Shown: piece after piece, positions 20,582 through 30,224 of the stretch
How positions within the stretch are numbered: the stretch's first letter is position 1
Layout of the letters: each line of letters begins with the position of its first letter
Source of the DNA: an uncultured delta proteobacterium
GTDB lineage: Bacteria > Myxococcota > UBA727 > VGSZ01
Direction: 5' to 3'
DNA: 64,000 nucleotides
Assembly: GCA_963775425.1 (NCBI GenBank)
Contig: CAVZJB010000005.1
Coordinates: 32,001-96,000 of the forward strand
Position numbers and translations under genes: made by a program
The notes under the pieces: model-generated
The model's input: only the letters and a program-made list of their open reading frames with translations
Databases searched by the model: none
What the model was told of the DNA's origin: nothing

Positions 20582-21322
20582 ATGACCATCCCGCGCCACC
20601 TCCTCGACGCCGCCCTTCGCCACCGCCGTGCCGGGCGGCGCACGGGCCTCATCGTCCGCCACGCCGAGCGCTACCGCGTGCTCGACCTCGCCACCCACGA
20701 GTCCGTGCTCCTGACGGAGCGCGGCCACGAGCAGGCGCGCGAGGCCGGGGCCCAGCTCGCGGGCGCGGCGCTCCCGCTTCAGGTGTGGCACAGCCCGGTG
20801 GAGCGCTGCGCGGAGACGGCGCGCGGGCTCGTCGCAGGCGCTGTCGGGAGCGGCACCCGCGCGGAGCTGCTGCGCGCGGTGCCGGAGCTCTACGCGCCGT
20901 TCATCAAGGACCGCCTGCGCGCGTGGCAGATCGTCACCCGCGTGGGGCCGGGCTTCATCCGCGACTGGTTCGACGGCAAGCTCCCGGCCGACGTCTTCGA
21001 GCCGCGCGCGAGCGCGTCGCAGGGGCAGCTCGACGTCGTCGCGGCGCACATGGAGCAGGCGCCCGAGGGCGCGCTGGTGGTCTTCGTGTCGCACGACTGG
21101 AACCTCGCGCTCGTGCGCGAGGAGGTCCTCGGCATCACCCCGGAGCGCGCCTGGCCTGACTTCCTCGACGGCGTGGTCGTCGCCCTCGACGGAGACGAGA
21201 TCGCCGTCGAGCACGACGGGCGCGTGGGGCTCCGGCCCCGCGGGGCTCCCGGCGTCTCGCGGGGGCTCGCTCCGCGCGCTGCGCAGCGAGCCGAAGCGAG
21301 CGAAGGAGAGGGCGATGCCTGA
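20582..21322 (+). CDS. Histidine phosphatase family protein
   Basis: IVRHAER, LTERG, HSPVERC.ETA, VSHD. Confidence 0.85.
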   Translation: MTIPRHLLDAALRHRRAGRRTGLIVRHAERYRVLDLATHESVLLTERGHEQAREAGAQLAGAALPLQVWHSPVERCAETARGLVAGAVGSGTRAELLRAVPELYAPFIKDRLRAWQIVTRVGPGFIRDWFDGKLPADVFEPRASASQGQLDVVAAHMEQAPEGALVVFVSHDWNLALVREEVLGITPERAWPDFLDGVVVALDGDEIAVEHDGRVGLRPRGAPGVSRGLAPRAAQRAEASEGEGDA

Positions 21323-22139
21323 GCTCCCCGAGGTCGAGATCATCCGGCGCCGGCTCCGCGACGGCACCAAGGCGGAGAAGAAGCTCGTCGGCCGGCGCGT
21401 CACCGGCGTCCACGTGCCGTCGCCGCGCGCGCTCAAAGAGCCATCCAAAGCGGCGTTCGCCAAGGCCATCCACGGCGCGCGCTTCATCGACGTCAAGCGG
21501 CGCGCCAAGTACCTGCTCGTCGAGACGGACAAGGGCACGCTGCTCGTGCACCTTCGGCTCACCGGCGATCTGCACGTGGTCCCCGCGTCCGCCGAAGAGC
21601 CGCGCTTCCTGCGGCTCGCCGTGGACCTCGACGACGGCAGCCGCCTCGCCTTCACCGACGGCCGCCACCTCGGCGAGGTCCGCTTCGTCGACGATGCCGC
21701 GGCGCACATGCCCGAGCTCGGCCCCGAGCCTCTCGAGGACGCCTTCACCGTCGACGTCCTCGCCGATGCGCTTCGCTCCTCGCGGACCGTGAAGGGCGTG
21801 CTCATGGATCAGGCCGTCGTCGCCGGCGTCGGCAACATCTACTCCGACGAGGCCTGCTGGTACGCGAAGATCCACCCCGCGCGGAAGGCGCAGAGCCTCG
21901 ACCACGCCGAAGCGCAGCGCTTGCACGACGCCGTCCGGCGCGCGTTGCAAAAGAGCATGGACGACCTCGTCGCCGCCGACCTCGCCATCGACTGGCGCTA
22001 CGCGGACAGGAGCGCCGTCAGCCCCTTCATGGTCTACGACCGCGCCGGCGAGCCCTGCCCGCGCTGCAAGACCGAGCTCGACAAGGCCACCGTCGCGGGC
22101 CGCACGTCGGTGTTCTGCCCGCACTGCCAGAAGAAGTAA
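21315..22139 (+). CDS. mutM: Formamidopyrimidine-DNA glycosylase (Fpg)
   Basis: MPELPEVE, RRAKYL, HLRLTG, LGPEPL, GVGNIYSDE, zinc finger CPRC...FCPHCQ; SD AAGGAG upstream. Confidence 0.95.
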   Translation: MPELPEVEIIRRRLRDGTKAEKKLVGRRVTGVHVPSPRALKEPSKAAFAKAIHGARFIDVKRRAKYLLVETDKGTLLVHLRLTGDLHVVPASAEEPRFLRLAVDLDDGSRLAFTDGRHLGEVRFVDDAAAHMPELGPEPLEDAFTVDVLADALRSSRTVKGVLMDQAVVAGVGNIYSDEACWYAKIHPARKAQSLDHAEAQRLHDAVRRALQKSMDDLVAADLAIDWRYADRSAVSPFMVYDRAGEPCPRCKTELDKATVAGRTSVFCPHCQKK

Positions 22140-22251
22140 GGGCCCTCGAATGAACAAGTCGCGCCGCTGGCTTCGTTGCTCGTCGGTCACGTGGCGACGG
22201 CCACGCTCCCGATCGGCCGCGAGGGCGATCGAGTTGTTCATTCGGGGGCCC
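22140..22251. mobile_element. 112-bp MITE-like element with 18-bp TIRs and TAA duplication
   Basis: TAA[GGGCCCTCGAATGAACAA...TTGTTCATTCGGGGGCCC]TAA; TIRs match 17/18; no coding capacity. Confidence 0.75.
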
Positions 22252-22257
22252 TAAGCG

Positions 22258-23604
22258 TCAGCGGCCGAGGACGTGTCGGAGCGCGGCCTCGACGGTGGCG
22301 TGGCGAAAGGGGTGGTGCAGCGCCGTCAGGCGCGCGGGGAGCACGCGCTGCGACGCGAGGAACGCCTCGTCGGCGGCGGCGCCGAACAGGGCGCGGGCGG
22401 CGACGCGCGGGACCACGAGGCGCGCGGGCCGGCGCAGCACGCGCCCGAGGAGCGCGGTGAAGTCACGGTTTCGCATGGGCTGCTCGCCGACGGCGTTGAC
22501 GACGCCGGAGACGTCGTCGTCGACGGCGGCGCGGAAGAAGACGGCGGCGGCCTCGTCGACGGACAACAGCGGCATCCACTGGCTCCCGTCACCGAGCCGC
22601 GCGCCCGCGCCCGCGCGAAAGACGGGCAGCATGCGCGCGAGCGCGCCGCCGGCGGGCGACAGCACCACGCCGCAGCGGAGCACGGCGGCGCGGATGCCCC
22701 GCTTCTGCGTGGCGAGCGCCGCGCGCTCCCACGCCTCGCAGATCTCGGCGAGCACACCCTCGCCGCTCGCGGACGTCTCCTCGAGCTCCTCGTCGCCACG
22801 GTCGCCGTAGTAGCCGACGGCGGCCGCGGCGATGAAGGCGCGCGGCGGCCGGGCGCGGGCCGTCAAGCCGTCGCGCAAGCGCGCCGTGGCCTGCACGCGG
22901 CTGTCGCGCACGCGCTCGGCGTGGTCCTCGTCGAGGCGTCCGGCGGAGATGGGCTCGCCGGCGAGGTGCACGACGACGTCGAACGGCGGCCCGTCCCACC
23001 TCACGATGCCGGTCGCCGGGTCCCAGCGCGCCTGGCCTGACGCGGCGCTCTTGCGCACCAGCGGGACGACGGTGTGCCCGGCGACCTGAAGGAGCGCCGA
23101 GAGCTCCCGGCCGATGAGCCCGCTCGCGCCGGTGATGCCGACGACGAGCGGCTCGTGGGGGAACGCCTGCAGGAGGGAGAGGTCGAGGGCGGTGGTGGCG
23201 TGGCGGTGCTCGAAGATGGGCGCGAGCCGGCGCTCCACGAACGACGCGCGCACGCCGCCGGGCAGCTCGTAGGTGACGCGGTCGACGAGGCGGGTGCGGC
23301 CGGCGCCGGCGTCCTCGAAGCGGTGCTCGTGGCGCCAGCTCGCAAACGGTCCGTCCTTCATGACGTCGACGAAGCCGCGCCCGGGCTCCACGTCATGGTG
23401 CACCGCGATCCACCGGGGCCACAGCGGGCCGACCGACATCTCGAACGACGCCTCCGCGCCGTCCTCGAGCGCCGTCGCCTCGACGACGTTGCGCACGCGA
23501 ACGAAGGGCGGCGTCAGCCGGCGCAGCGCGCCCCGGCGCGCGTGGTACGAAAAGAGCGCGTCGGCGGTGCAGGCGAGCTCGCTGGTTTTTTCGAAGACGG
23601 GCAT
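22258..23604 (-). CDS. TIGR01777 family NAD-dependent epimerase with N-terminal SRPBCC domain
   Basis: HARRGALRRLTPP, GPFASWRHEH, ITGASGLIG, VHLAGE, GYYGDRGDE, GDGSQWM. Confidence 0.88.
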   Translation of the reverse strand: MPVFEKTSELACTADALFSYHARRGALRRLTPPFVRVRNVVEATALEDGAEASFEMSVGPLWPRWIAVHHDVEPGRGFVDVMKDGPFASWRHEHRFEDAGAGRTRLVDRVTYELPGGVRASFVERRLAPIFEHRHATTALDLSLLQAFPHEPLVVGITGASGLIGRELSALLQVAGHTVVPLVRKSAASGQARWDPATGIVRWDGPPFDVVVHLAGEPISAGRLDEDHAERVRDSRVQATARLRDGLTARARPPRAFIAAAAVGYYGDRGDEELEETSASGEGVLAEICEAWERAALATQKRGIRAAVLRCGVVLSPAGGALARMLPVFRAGAGARLGDGSQWMPLLSVDEAAAVFFRAAVDDDVSGVVNAVGEQPMRNRDFTALLGRVLRRPARLVVPRVAARALFGAAADEAFLASQRVLPARLTALHHPFRHATVEAALRHVLGR

Positions 23605-23620
23605 GTGCCCCCCTGGTGGT

Positions 23621-23797
23621 TCAGCCGGCGCCCTCGACGCGGACCGAAGGTACGCCGTCCTCGTCGCGGGTCACGGTGAGCTGCCACGGGTGGCAGCACA
23701 CCTCGCAGTCCTGCACGAACGACCCCTCGGTGTCGGGATCGATGTCGATCTCGACGACCTCGAAGCAGTACGGGCACTGCACGCTGACGACGTCCAT
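23621..23797 (-). CDS. CPXCG-motif cysteine-rich small protein
   Basis: CPYCFE...QDCEVCCHPW; 58 aa. Confidence 0.85.
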   Translation of the reverse strand: MDVVSVQCPYCFEVVEIDIDPDTEGSFVQDCEVCCHPWQLTVTRDEDGVPSVRVEGAG

Positions 23798-23807
23798 GCC
23801 GACCATC

Positions 23808-25109
23808 CTAGCGTTCTGCGAGGGCCGCGACCCACTCGACGTGCGATGTCCGCGGGAACGCGTCGATGGGCACCAGGCTTTCGAGCGCGTAGCCGCGTCG
23901 GACCGCGGCGGCCAGGTCGCGGGCGCCGGTGGCGGGGTCGCAGGACACGAGCACGAGGCGCCCGGGCCGGGCGCGCTCGAGCAGCGCGTCGAAGCCGGGG
24001 ATGCCGGTCCGGGGCGGGTCCGCCACCAGGAGGTCGACGTCCCCGCACGGGAGCCCCGCGTCGATGCCGGCGCGGCGCACCCGGGCGCGGGCCGAAAACG
24101 CCGAGACGTTGTCCTCGAGGAAGCGGACGGCGCGCGGTGCGCCTTCGACCGCGTCGACGACGGCGCCGGCGGCCAACAGCGGCAGGGTGAGGTGGCCGGC
24201 GCCCGCGAACAGCTCGAGGACCCGCTTGTCCTCGACGGCCCCGCAGCCCGCGACGACGGCGTCGCGGATGGCGGCGCCTCCGAAGCGCGTGGCCTGCGTG
24301 AACACCGCGGCGTCGCTGTGGGCCAAAAACGCCCCGGCGGTGACCTCCCCGACCAGCCCGGGGTCTCCAAAGCGCGCGTCGACGGCGGCGGGCGGCGGCG
24401 CGCGCGGGTGGCCCGGAGCCTCGACCACGGCGCCGTCGACCAGGCCCGCGTCGACGAGGAAGCGGGCGGCGTCCGCGCCGTCGACGGCCGCGCTCACCCG
24501 GCCGCGCGCGTCGCACGCGAGGCGGACGGCGCCGTCGGGCACCCGGCCGTGGGCGCACATCCGGGCGAGCGCGCCTTCGAGCGCCGGGTGCAGGGCGGGG
24601 CAGCGCGCGACCGGGACGCGCGCGTGGCTCTCGCGGGCGGAGAACGTCGGCGCGCCATCGACGATGACGAAGCGGGCGCGGCGGCGGGCGCCGTCCTGGC
24701 TCCCGGGCGCCGGCGCGAGGAGCGGCGCGACGGCGGCGTCGACGACGGCGGCGTCGAGCTTCCCCACGCGCACGAGCGCGTCCCGCACGATGCCGGACTT
24801 GGCCGCGCGCTGCGCCGCCGGGGAGAAGTCGAGCAGGTCGCAACCGCCGCAAGCCGGGCGCTCCCCGGGCGCGCTCGAGGCGTGAAGGGGGCAGTCGGGC
24901 CTCACCCGCTCGGGCGACGCCTCGAGCACCTCGAGCACCCGCGCGTGGCGCACGCGCTTGTGCCGCCGCTCGACGCGGGCGCGCACCCGCTCGCCGGGCA
25001 GCGCGCCGCGCACGAAGACGACGCCGTCGCCGTCGCGCACGAGGCCCTCGCCGCCCGGAACGATGGCCTGCACCACGCCCACGATCTCCGCGCCTTCGAC
25101 GTCCGCCAC
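23808..25109 (-). CDS. RNA m5U methyltransferase, RlmD/TrmA family
   Basis: TRAM domain (ALPGERV), C..CGGC Fe-S motif, FTQ, LELFAGAG, DPPRTG, VSCDPAT.ARDL, DAFPRTSHVE. Confidence 0.88.
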   Translation of the reverse strand: MADVEGAEIVGVVQAIVPGGEGLVRDGDGVVFVRGALPGERVRARVERRHKRVRHARVLEVLEASPERVRPDCPLHASSAPGERPACGGCDLLDFSPAAQRAAKSGIVRDALVRVGKLDAAVVDAAVAPLLAPAPGSQDGARRRARFVIVDGAPTFSARESHARVPVARCPALHPALEGALARMCAHGRVPDGAVRLACDARGRVSAAVDGADAARFLVDAGLVDGAVVEAPGHPRAPPPAAVDARFGDPGLVGEVTAGAFLAHSDAAVFTQATRFGGAAIRDAVVAGCGAVEDKRVLELFAGAGHLTLPLLAAGAVVDAVEGAPRAVRFLEDNVSAFSARARVRRAGIDAGLPCGDVDLLVADPPRTGIPGFDALLERARPGRLVLVSCDPATGARDLAAAVRRGYALESLVPIDAFPRTSHVEWVAALAER

Positions 25110-25179
25110 GCCCGGACCCTACCAACGCGCCGTCGCGTCGTCGGCCTCATCGACGCGCGAGGTCATCGCTTGGGCGCGC

Positions 25180-26223
25180 TCAGGACAGGGCCCGCTCGAC
25201 GCCGAGCACGAGCACCTCGAGCTCGAAGCGCGCGTCCTCGGGCAGGGCGCCGTCGGCGCCGCAGCGCGCGCGCAAGCTTCGGGCGAGGGCGAGGCCCGCG
25301 CCGGCGTCGCCGTCGCCGTCGCCGTCGGGGGAGACGCCGGCGACCTCTTCGAGCAAGGCGATGAGCGAGTCGAGCGTGGACACGTCGCTGCGGGCGTCGC
25401 GGAACACGAACGCGCCCTCGTCGCGCGCGCAGGTGTCGCGGACGAACGCCTCGAGCCAACGCGCGGTGGCGGCCATCTTTTCGTAGTCGAGGTGGTCGGG
25501 CGTGTCGTCGACGGTGTGGTAGCGGCGGGAGCGCCCGTTGGTGAGGAACAGGAACGGGCGCCGCCGATCCCAGAACGCGGCGTAGTCGCTGAGCGGCGGC
25601 ACGATGGTGGCGTCGGCGGGCCGCACGACGACGCCGTCGACGGCGTCGAGCGCGTCCAGGCGCGCGGCGGTGCCGGCGCTCCGCTCCGCGCCGAGCGCGA
25701 ACAGGGTCTGCGCGACGCCGGCGGGGACGGCGGCGCCTTCGCCGAGCGCGTGGCCGACGAGGTCCATGCACACCATGAGGTCGATGCGCTCGAGGGGCGC
25801 GACCGGGGCCTGCGCGAAGCGCATCGAGCCCATGGCGCCGGTCATGAAGTAGGGCGGCTCCTCGGCGTCGAACGCGGCGATGATGACGCCGCGCCCCTCG
25901 GCGCGCCGCGCTGCGAGCCCGCGCGCGACGTCGACGAGGACGGCGACGGCGGCGGCGTTGTCGTCGGCGCCGCGATAGACGCCGGAGCGGTCCTTGCCGA
26001 GGTGATCGTAGTGCGCGGCGACGAGCACCCAGCGGTCGACGTCGCCGGGGAGCGTGGCGAGCACATTGCTGCCGTTGCACGCGGGCACCGCCTGCTCGAA
26101 CGGGTCGAGGCCGGCGTCGCGCAGGGCGGACACGACGATCCGCCTGGCGGCGCGGCCGCCCTCGGTGCCGGTGGCGCGGCCGGCGCAGGCGTCGGAGCAG
26201 AGATCGTCGACGAGGCGGCGCAT
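25180..26223 (-). CDS. M28 family metallopeptidase
   Basis: AAHYDH, GADDNAAAV, FDAEE, MDLVG, SDYAAF, YHTVDDT. Confidence 0.88.
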   Translation of the reverse strand: MRRLVDDLCSDACAGRATGTEGGRAARRIVVSALRDAGLDPFEQAVPACNGSNVLATLPGDVDRWVLVAAHYDHLGKDRSGVYRGADDNAAAVAVLVDVARGLAARRAEGRGVIIAAFDAEEPPYFMTGAMGSMRFAQAPVAPLERIDLMVCMDLVGHALGEGAAVPAGVAQTLFALGAERSAGTAARLDALDAVDGVVVRPADATIVPPLSDYAAFWDRRRPFLFLTNGRSRRYHTVDDTPDHLDYEKMAATARWLEAFVRDTCARDEGAFVFRDARSDVSTLDSLIALLEEVAGVSPDGDGDGDAGAGLALARSLRARCGADGALPEDARFELEVLVLGVERALS

Positions 26224-26307
26224 CGTGTCCGGGTGTACCACCGGCCGCGGCCTCGTGGCCCGGCGCAGGCGCAGGCGTCGAGGTCTACGGCGAGGCGGTC
26301 CGGGCGC

Positions 26308-26673
26308 TCACGGCGCCACGTGCAGCTCGTTCATGACCTTCGCGACGCCCGGCGTTCCCCGGGCGACGCTCTCGGAGATGCGCACCTCGTCGTCGTCGGC
26401 GACCTCGCCGTGCAACGTGATGTCGCGCGCCTCCCGCTCGACCCGGATGCGCCCGGCGTCGATGCCCTCCGCGGCGAGCCGCGTGAGCACGGCCTCGACG
26501 AGCTCGTCTTCGGGCAGCGGCGTTGCGCCCAGGGCGATGTCGTCGGGGTCGGGGTGGTGGTTGACGATGTCGACGCCGCGCCCGGGGCCGTCGCCGAAGC
26601 TCGGCCTGCCGAAGCTGCCGGTGTCGCCGCTTCCGACGGCGTCGCCGGTGTCTTCGATTCTTCCGTATGTCAT
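26308..26673 (-). CDS. BON domain-containing protein
   Basis: EDELVEAV...IRVE..ITLHGEV...ARGTPGVAKVMNELHV. Confidence 0.78.
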   Translation of the reverse strand: MTYGRIEDTGDAVGSGDTGSFGRPSFGDGPGRGVDIVNHHPDPDDIALGATPLPEDELVEAVLTRLAAEGIDAGRIRVEREARDITLHGEVADDDEVRISESVARGTPGVAKVMNELHVAP

Positions 26674-26690
26674 GGGGGCCTCCTGCCCGA

Positions 26691-27233
26691 TCAGGTCGTC
26701 GGGTCGATGTTCCTGCGGGCGCCGTAGATTCCGCCGACCACGGCTGCGATCGTGGCGAAGAGGGCGGCGACGGCGATGCCGGCGACGACGCCGGCGCCGC
26801 TGCCGAGCGCGGCGGCGTCGCCCAGCTCGAGGGAGCGAAGCGGGGTCAGCCAGTCCCAAACGAGCGCGAGCATGAGGTCCAGCGCCAGCGAGGCGACGGC
26901 GAACGCGGCGAAGGCGTGGCCGATGCCGACCGGGATGCGCGCAGACTTCGAGCTCACGGCGGCGACGAACCCGCCGAGCAGCGAGCTCAACATCCACGCG
27001 ACGCCCGCGAGGACGGCGACGTCGAACGCCGAAGCGGCAACGGGCTCCTGGCGGCGCGCGGGCGCGGTCAAAGCGAGCACGAGGGGCATCAACACCAGGA
27101 ACGTCGACGCCGCGAGCGCAGCGCCGCCGAGCACGGCGCCGACGCGCACGGGGGAGGTGGGTCGATGGCGCGCGCCCCGGGCGAGCGACGGCGCGCGCAC
27201 AAAAATTCGAGGGGCGATGGTGGGGTGGCTCAT
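26691..27233 (-). CDS. Hypothetical integral membrane protein (about 4 TM)
   Basis: Four hydrophobic segments; start ATG lies right after a sigma54-like motif. Confidence 0.6.
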   Translation of the reverse strand: MSHPTIAPRIFVRAPSLARGARHRPTSPVRVGAVLGGAALAASTFLVLMPLVLALTAPARRQEPVAASAFDVAVLAGVAWMLSSLLGGFVAAVSSKSARIPVGIGHAFAAFAVASLALDLMLALVWDWLTPLRSLELGDAAALGSGAGVVAGIAVAALFATIAAVVGGIYGARRNIDPTT

Positions 27234-27245
27234 GCCCGATCGAAC

Positions 27246-27261
27246 AGCGAGACCCGTGCCA
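27246..27261 (-). promoter_or_regulatory. Putative sigma54 (-24/-12) promoter
   Basis: TGGCAC-GGGTC-TCGCT versus consensus TGGCAC-N5-TTGCW, 12 nt upstream of ATG 27233. Confidence 0.6.
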
Positions 27262-27437
27262 CCCGCGGGCGGCGGGGCCCGGCGGCGCCCCAGGCCCGCC
27301 GCGCGCCGTCGGGCCGCGCGCCGTCGCCGCTGTGGGGGCAGGTAGGGCGACGGGGGCTGGGTGACGTCGTCAACGGGATCGTGCGGGAGCGCGCGGTGCG
27401 GGTGGTCAATGCGCACGGCCGCCGGCCGGCTCGCGGT

Positions 27438-27453
27438 TGGTACGCATCTTGTT
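27438..27453 (+). promoter_or_regulatory. Possible sigma54 promoter (divergent)
   Basis: TGGTAC-GCATC-TTGTT, 13 nt upstream of in-frame GTG 27467; -12 GC is replaced by GT. Confidence 0.35.
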
Positions 27454-27466
27454 GGAAGATCGATCC

Positions 27467-28822
27467 GTGCTGCCCGCCGCCGTCCCCGGAACGATCACGC
27501 CGAACGCAAAGGCGTGCGGCGCGCCCCGGTGGCGCGCGCGTTCGTCGTGGGGCGCGCCGCTGCGGCGCGCGCTCCCCGTCGTGGTCGCGGCGCCGTTCAT
27601 CGCGCTCGCGAGCGCCTGCCCGGATCCGCCGCCGCCCTGCGACGCGAGCGTCGCCCTCGCCGGCGCGCCCGACGTGCTCCCGCTCCCCGAGGGCGGCCGC
27701 GCCTTCCTCGCGCCGACGCAGGTCGCCGGCATCGACGTCGCGCTCGCCGGCCTCGCCCCCGGCTTCAGCGTGCGCGTCGACGACGACGGCACCTTCGTGA
27801 TCGGCGCGCCCTACGGCGTCGTCGGCAACGTCCCCGTGCGGCTCGAGGCCGCGTGTCGCGACGCCGGCCACGACGCTGCGTCGCAGCCCTTGACGCTCGA
27901 GGTGCGTGCGCCGCGCGTCTACACCGCCGGCGACGAGAGCGGGCCCGCCGCTCGCTCGCTCGCCGCCGCCGCCGTCGTCGGCGACACGCTCCTGGTGTCG
28001 GGCGGCACCGCCGGCGGCGCGCCCGTCGACGACGTGTGGACGCTCGATCTCGAGGGCGGCCGCTGGCAGCGCCTCGACGTCGCCGCGCCGCCGAGCCCCG
28101 CGCGCGCCGCCCCCATCGACGACCGCCACGCGCTGTTCCTCTCCGGCGACGGCCGCACCTTCGTGCTCGACACGTCGGCGCCGTCGCTCGTGGCGCTCAG
28201 CGACGACGACGTCCGCCCCGCGAGCGTCGGGCACGGCGCCTTCGCCTTCGCCGGCGGCGCGTTCGTCAGCGTCTGCGGCGACGACGCGGCCGCCTCCTGC
28301 GGCGTCGTCTCGGTGAGCGTCGACGTCGCCGGCGCGCGCGCGACGTGGACCACGGAGCTGCCCACGGGCTTCGCGCCGGCCCGCCGCTCCGGCGCCGCCT
28401 GGGGGGTCGACGACGAGGGCGCGCGCATGGTGCTCTTCGGTGGCGACCGTGACGACGGCGCGGGCCACGACAGTTGGTCCCTCGACGACACCGGCGTCGG
28501 CAGCGGCAGCGTCACCTTCGCCCACCTCGCCACCAAGGGCGAAGCCCCTCCCGGGCGCGTCGACGCGTGCGGCGTCGTCGACCCCGTCGGCCGCCGCTTC
28601 TTCGTCTTTGGCGGGACCGGCGACGACGGCGAGGTGGTGGCGCAGCCCTGGGTCCTCGACCTCAACCGCGACGACGCCAAGTGGCGCCCGGTGACCCTCG
28701 CCGGCCTCCCGGCGCGCGCCGGCTGCACCGCCGTCTACGACGCCGCCCGCGCCCGCATCCTCGTCGGCTTCGGCGACGACGGCTCCCGCGAGCACGGCGA
28801 CGTCACCGCCATCGATCTGTAG
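27467..28822 (+). CDS. Kelch/beta-propeller lipoprotein
   Basis: LASAC lipobox; repeated LVSGG, VLFGG, FVFGG followed by DVW/W.LDL; start uncertain. Confidence 0.72.
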   Translation: MLPAAVPGTITPNAKACGAPRWRARSSWGAPLRRALPVVVAAPFIALASACPDPPPPCDASVALAGAPDVLPLPEGGRAFLAPTQVAGIDVALAGLAPGFSVRVDDDGTFVIGAPYGVVGNVPVRLEAACRDAGHDAASQPLTLEVRAPRVYTAGDESGPAARSLAAAAVVGDTLLVSGGTAGGAPVDDVWTLDLEGGRWQRLDVAAPPSPARAAPIDDRHALFLSGDGRTFVLDTSAPSLVALSDDDVRPASVGHGAFAFAGGAFVSVCGDDAAASCGVVSVSVDVAGARATWTTELPTGFAPARRSGAAWGVDDEGARMVLFGGDRDDGAGHDSWSLDDTGVGSGSVTFAHLATKGEAPPGRVDACGVVDPVGRRFFVFGGTGDDGEVVAQPWVLDLNRDDAKWRPVTLAGLPARAGCTAVYDAARARILVGFGDDGSREHGDVTAIDL

Positions 28823-28835
28823 CTGTGCGGCTTCG

Positions 28836-29306
28836 TCACGCGCGGACGGGGTCGCCGATCTTCACGACGCCGCCGGACACCACGCGCGCCCGCAGCCCTC
28901 CCCGGTGCACGAGGGCCTCACACAGGCGCTCGGATCCGGTGAGCTTGGCGAGGTGGCCGCACGGCTCGCACAGCCTGAGGCCCTCGAGCTCGACGTCACC
29001 GATGAAGAAGCGCTTGCCGACGAGGTGGTTCAGCGCCACGCCCACGGTGACGATGTTCCTGCGGGCGGCGCCGCGGGCGACGCGGACGCCGTAGTCGCGG
29101 CGGGCGGCGACGAGCGCCTCGTCCTCGATGAGCGTCACCTCGCGGTCGGGGCCGTTCTTCTTCGAGAACGTGCCCTTCGCCTTGGCGTAGCGGTCGCCGA
29201 GGACGCCCTTGCCGGCCTCGAGGCCGACCCTCTTGCGCGACGCCATGGGCGCTGCGGCGACGGCGGCGACGTGCAACGACACGACCTGCGGTAGTTTCGC
29301 CTTCAT
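28836..29306 (-). CDS. MOSC domain-containing protein
   Basis: AGKGVLGDRY, REVTLIE, RRNIVT.G, LCEPC.HL, HRGGLRARV..GG. Confidence 0.88.
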   Translation of the reverse strand: MKAKLPQVVSLHVAAVAAAPMASRKRVGLEAGKGVLGDRYAKAKGTFSKKNGPDREVTLIEDEALVAARRDYGVRVARGAARRNIVTVGVALNHLVGKRFFIGDVELEGLRLCEPCGHLAKLTGSERLCEALVHRGGLRARVVSGGVVKIGDPVRA

Positions 29307-30168
29307 GGCTTTCGGTTTCCGTCCCGACGGCGACCGCGTCAAGGGCCTCAGCCCCACGCACGCGATCATGCCGTTCCTCTTTCGCACGCGCACCGAGTCA
29401 CAGGTCTTCTTCGAGCTCCTCGTCGACGGCGCGCCGGCAAAGGCGTTCCTCGCGCGCTTCCGCGAAGACAGCGGCGTCCACGCCACGCTGATGCACCTGG
29501 TGCTCGGCGCCGCCACGCGCGTCCTTCACGCGCGTCCGCGGCTCAACCGCTTCACCATGAGCGGCCGGATCTACCAGCGCCGCGGCATCTGGATGTCGTT
29601 TTCGGCGAAGACCGAGAAGAGCGACGAGGGCGCCGTGGTCGCGCTCAAGCGGCGCTTCGAGCCGGGCTGGGGCTTGCAGAAGATCGTCGACGTCACAAGC
29701 GGTGTGGTCGGCGACGCGCGTTCAGGGAAGAAGGATCAGGCCGACAAGGAGCTGGCGCTCGCGTTGGCCTTGCCTGCGTTCCTCACGGCGTTCTTCGTGT
29801 GGCTTTTGCGCACCGCCGACAAATACGGCCTGATGCCGCGCTCGATGATCGACGGCGATCCGCTCTACGCGTCGCTGTTCGTGGCCAACCTCGGCAGCAT
29901 CGGCATGGACGCGCCGTTTCACCACCTCTACGAGTGGGGCAACATCCCGCTGTTTTGCGCCATCGGCCGGGAGCGCGACGACGGCAAGGTGCCGCTGCGC
30001 TTCACCTTCGACGAGCGCGTCGAGGACGGGCTGTACTGCCTGAAGGCGCTCGACATGCTGAAGGAGATCCTCGAGGACCCGGCGGCCCACTTCGCCGCGG
30101 CGTCGTCGCCGGAGCCCGCCTCGGCCGAGAACACCGATCCGTTGCCGGGAGCGTTGGAACGCCGCTGA
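29305..30168 (+). CDS. 2-oxoacid dehydrogenase E2 catalytic-like (CAT-fold) acyltransferase
   Basis: RPDG, PRLNRF..GRIYQR, DPLYASLFVANLGSIG, HHLYEWG, FTFDERVEDG. Confidence 0.8.
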   Translation: MAFGFRPDGDRVKGLSPTHAIMPFLFRTRTESQVFFELLVDGAPAKAFLARFREDSGVHATLMHLVLGAATRVLHARPRLNRFTMSGRIYQRRGIWMSFSAKTEKSDEGAVVALKRRFEPGWGLQKIVDVTSGVVGDARSGKKDQADKELALALALPAFLTAFFVWLLRTADKYGLMPRSMIDGDPLYASLFVANLGSIGMDAPFHHLYEWGNIPLFCAIGRERDDGKVPLRFTFDERVEDGLYCLKALDMLKEILEDPAAHFAAASSPEPASAENTDPLPGALERR

Positions 30169-30180
30169 GCGTGACGGGCG

Positions 30181-30209
30181 AGCGGGGAGCTCGCCGCTCC
30201 CGCTGTTTC
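30181..30209. terminator. Hairpin between convergent genes
   Basis: AGCGGGGAGC-tcgcc-GCTCCCGCT followed by gtttc. Confidence 0.5.
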
Positions 30210-30224
30210 AACCTGTTCGGCGTT

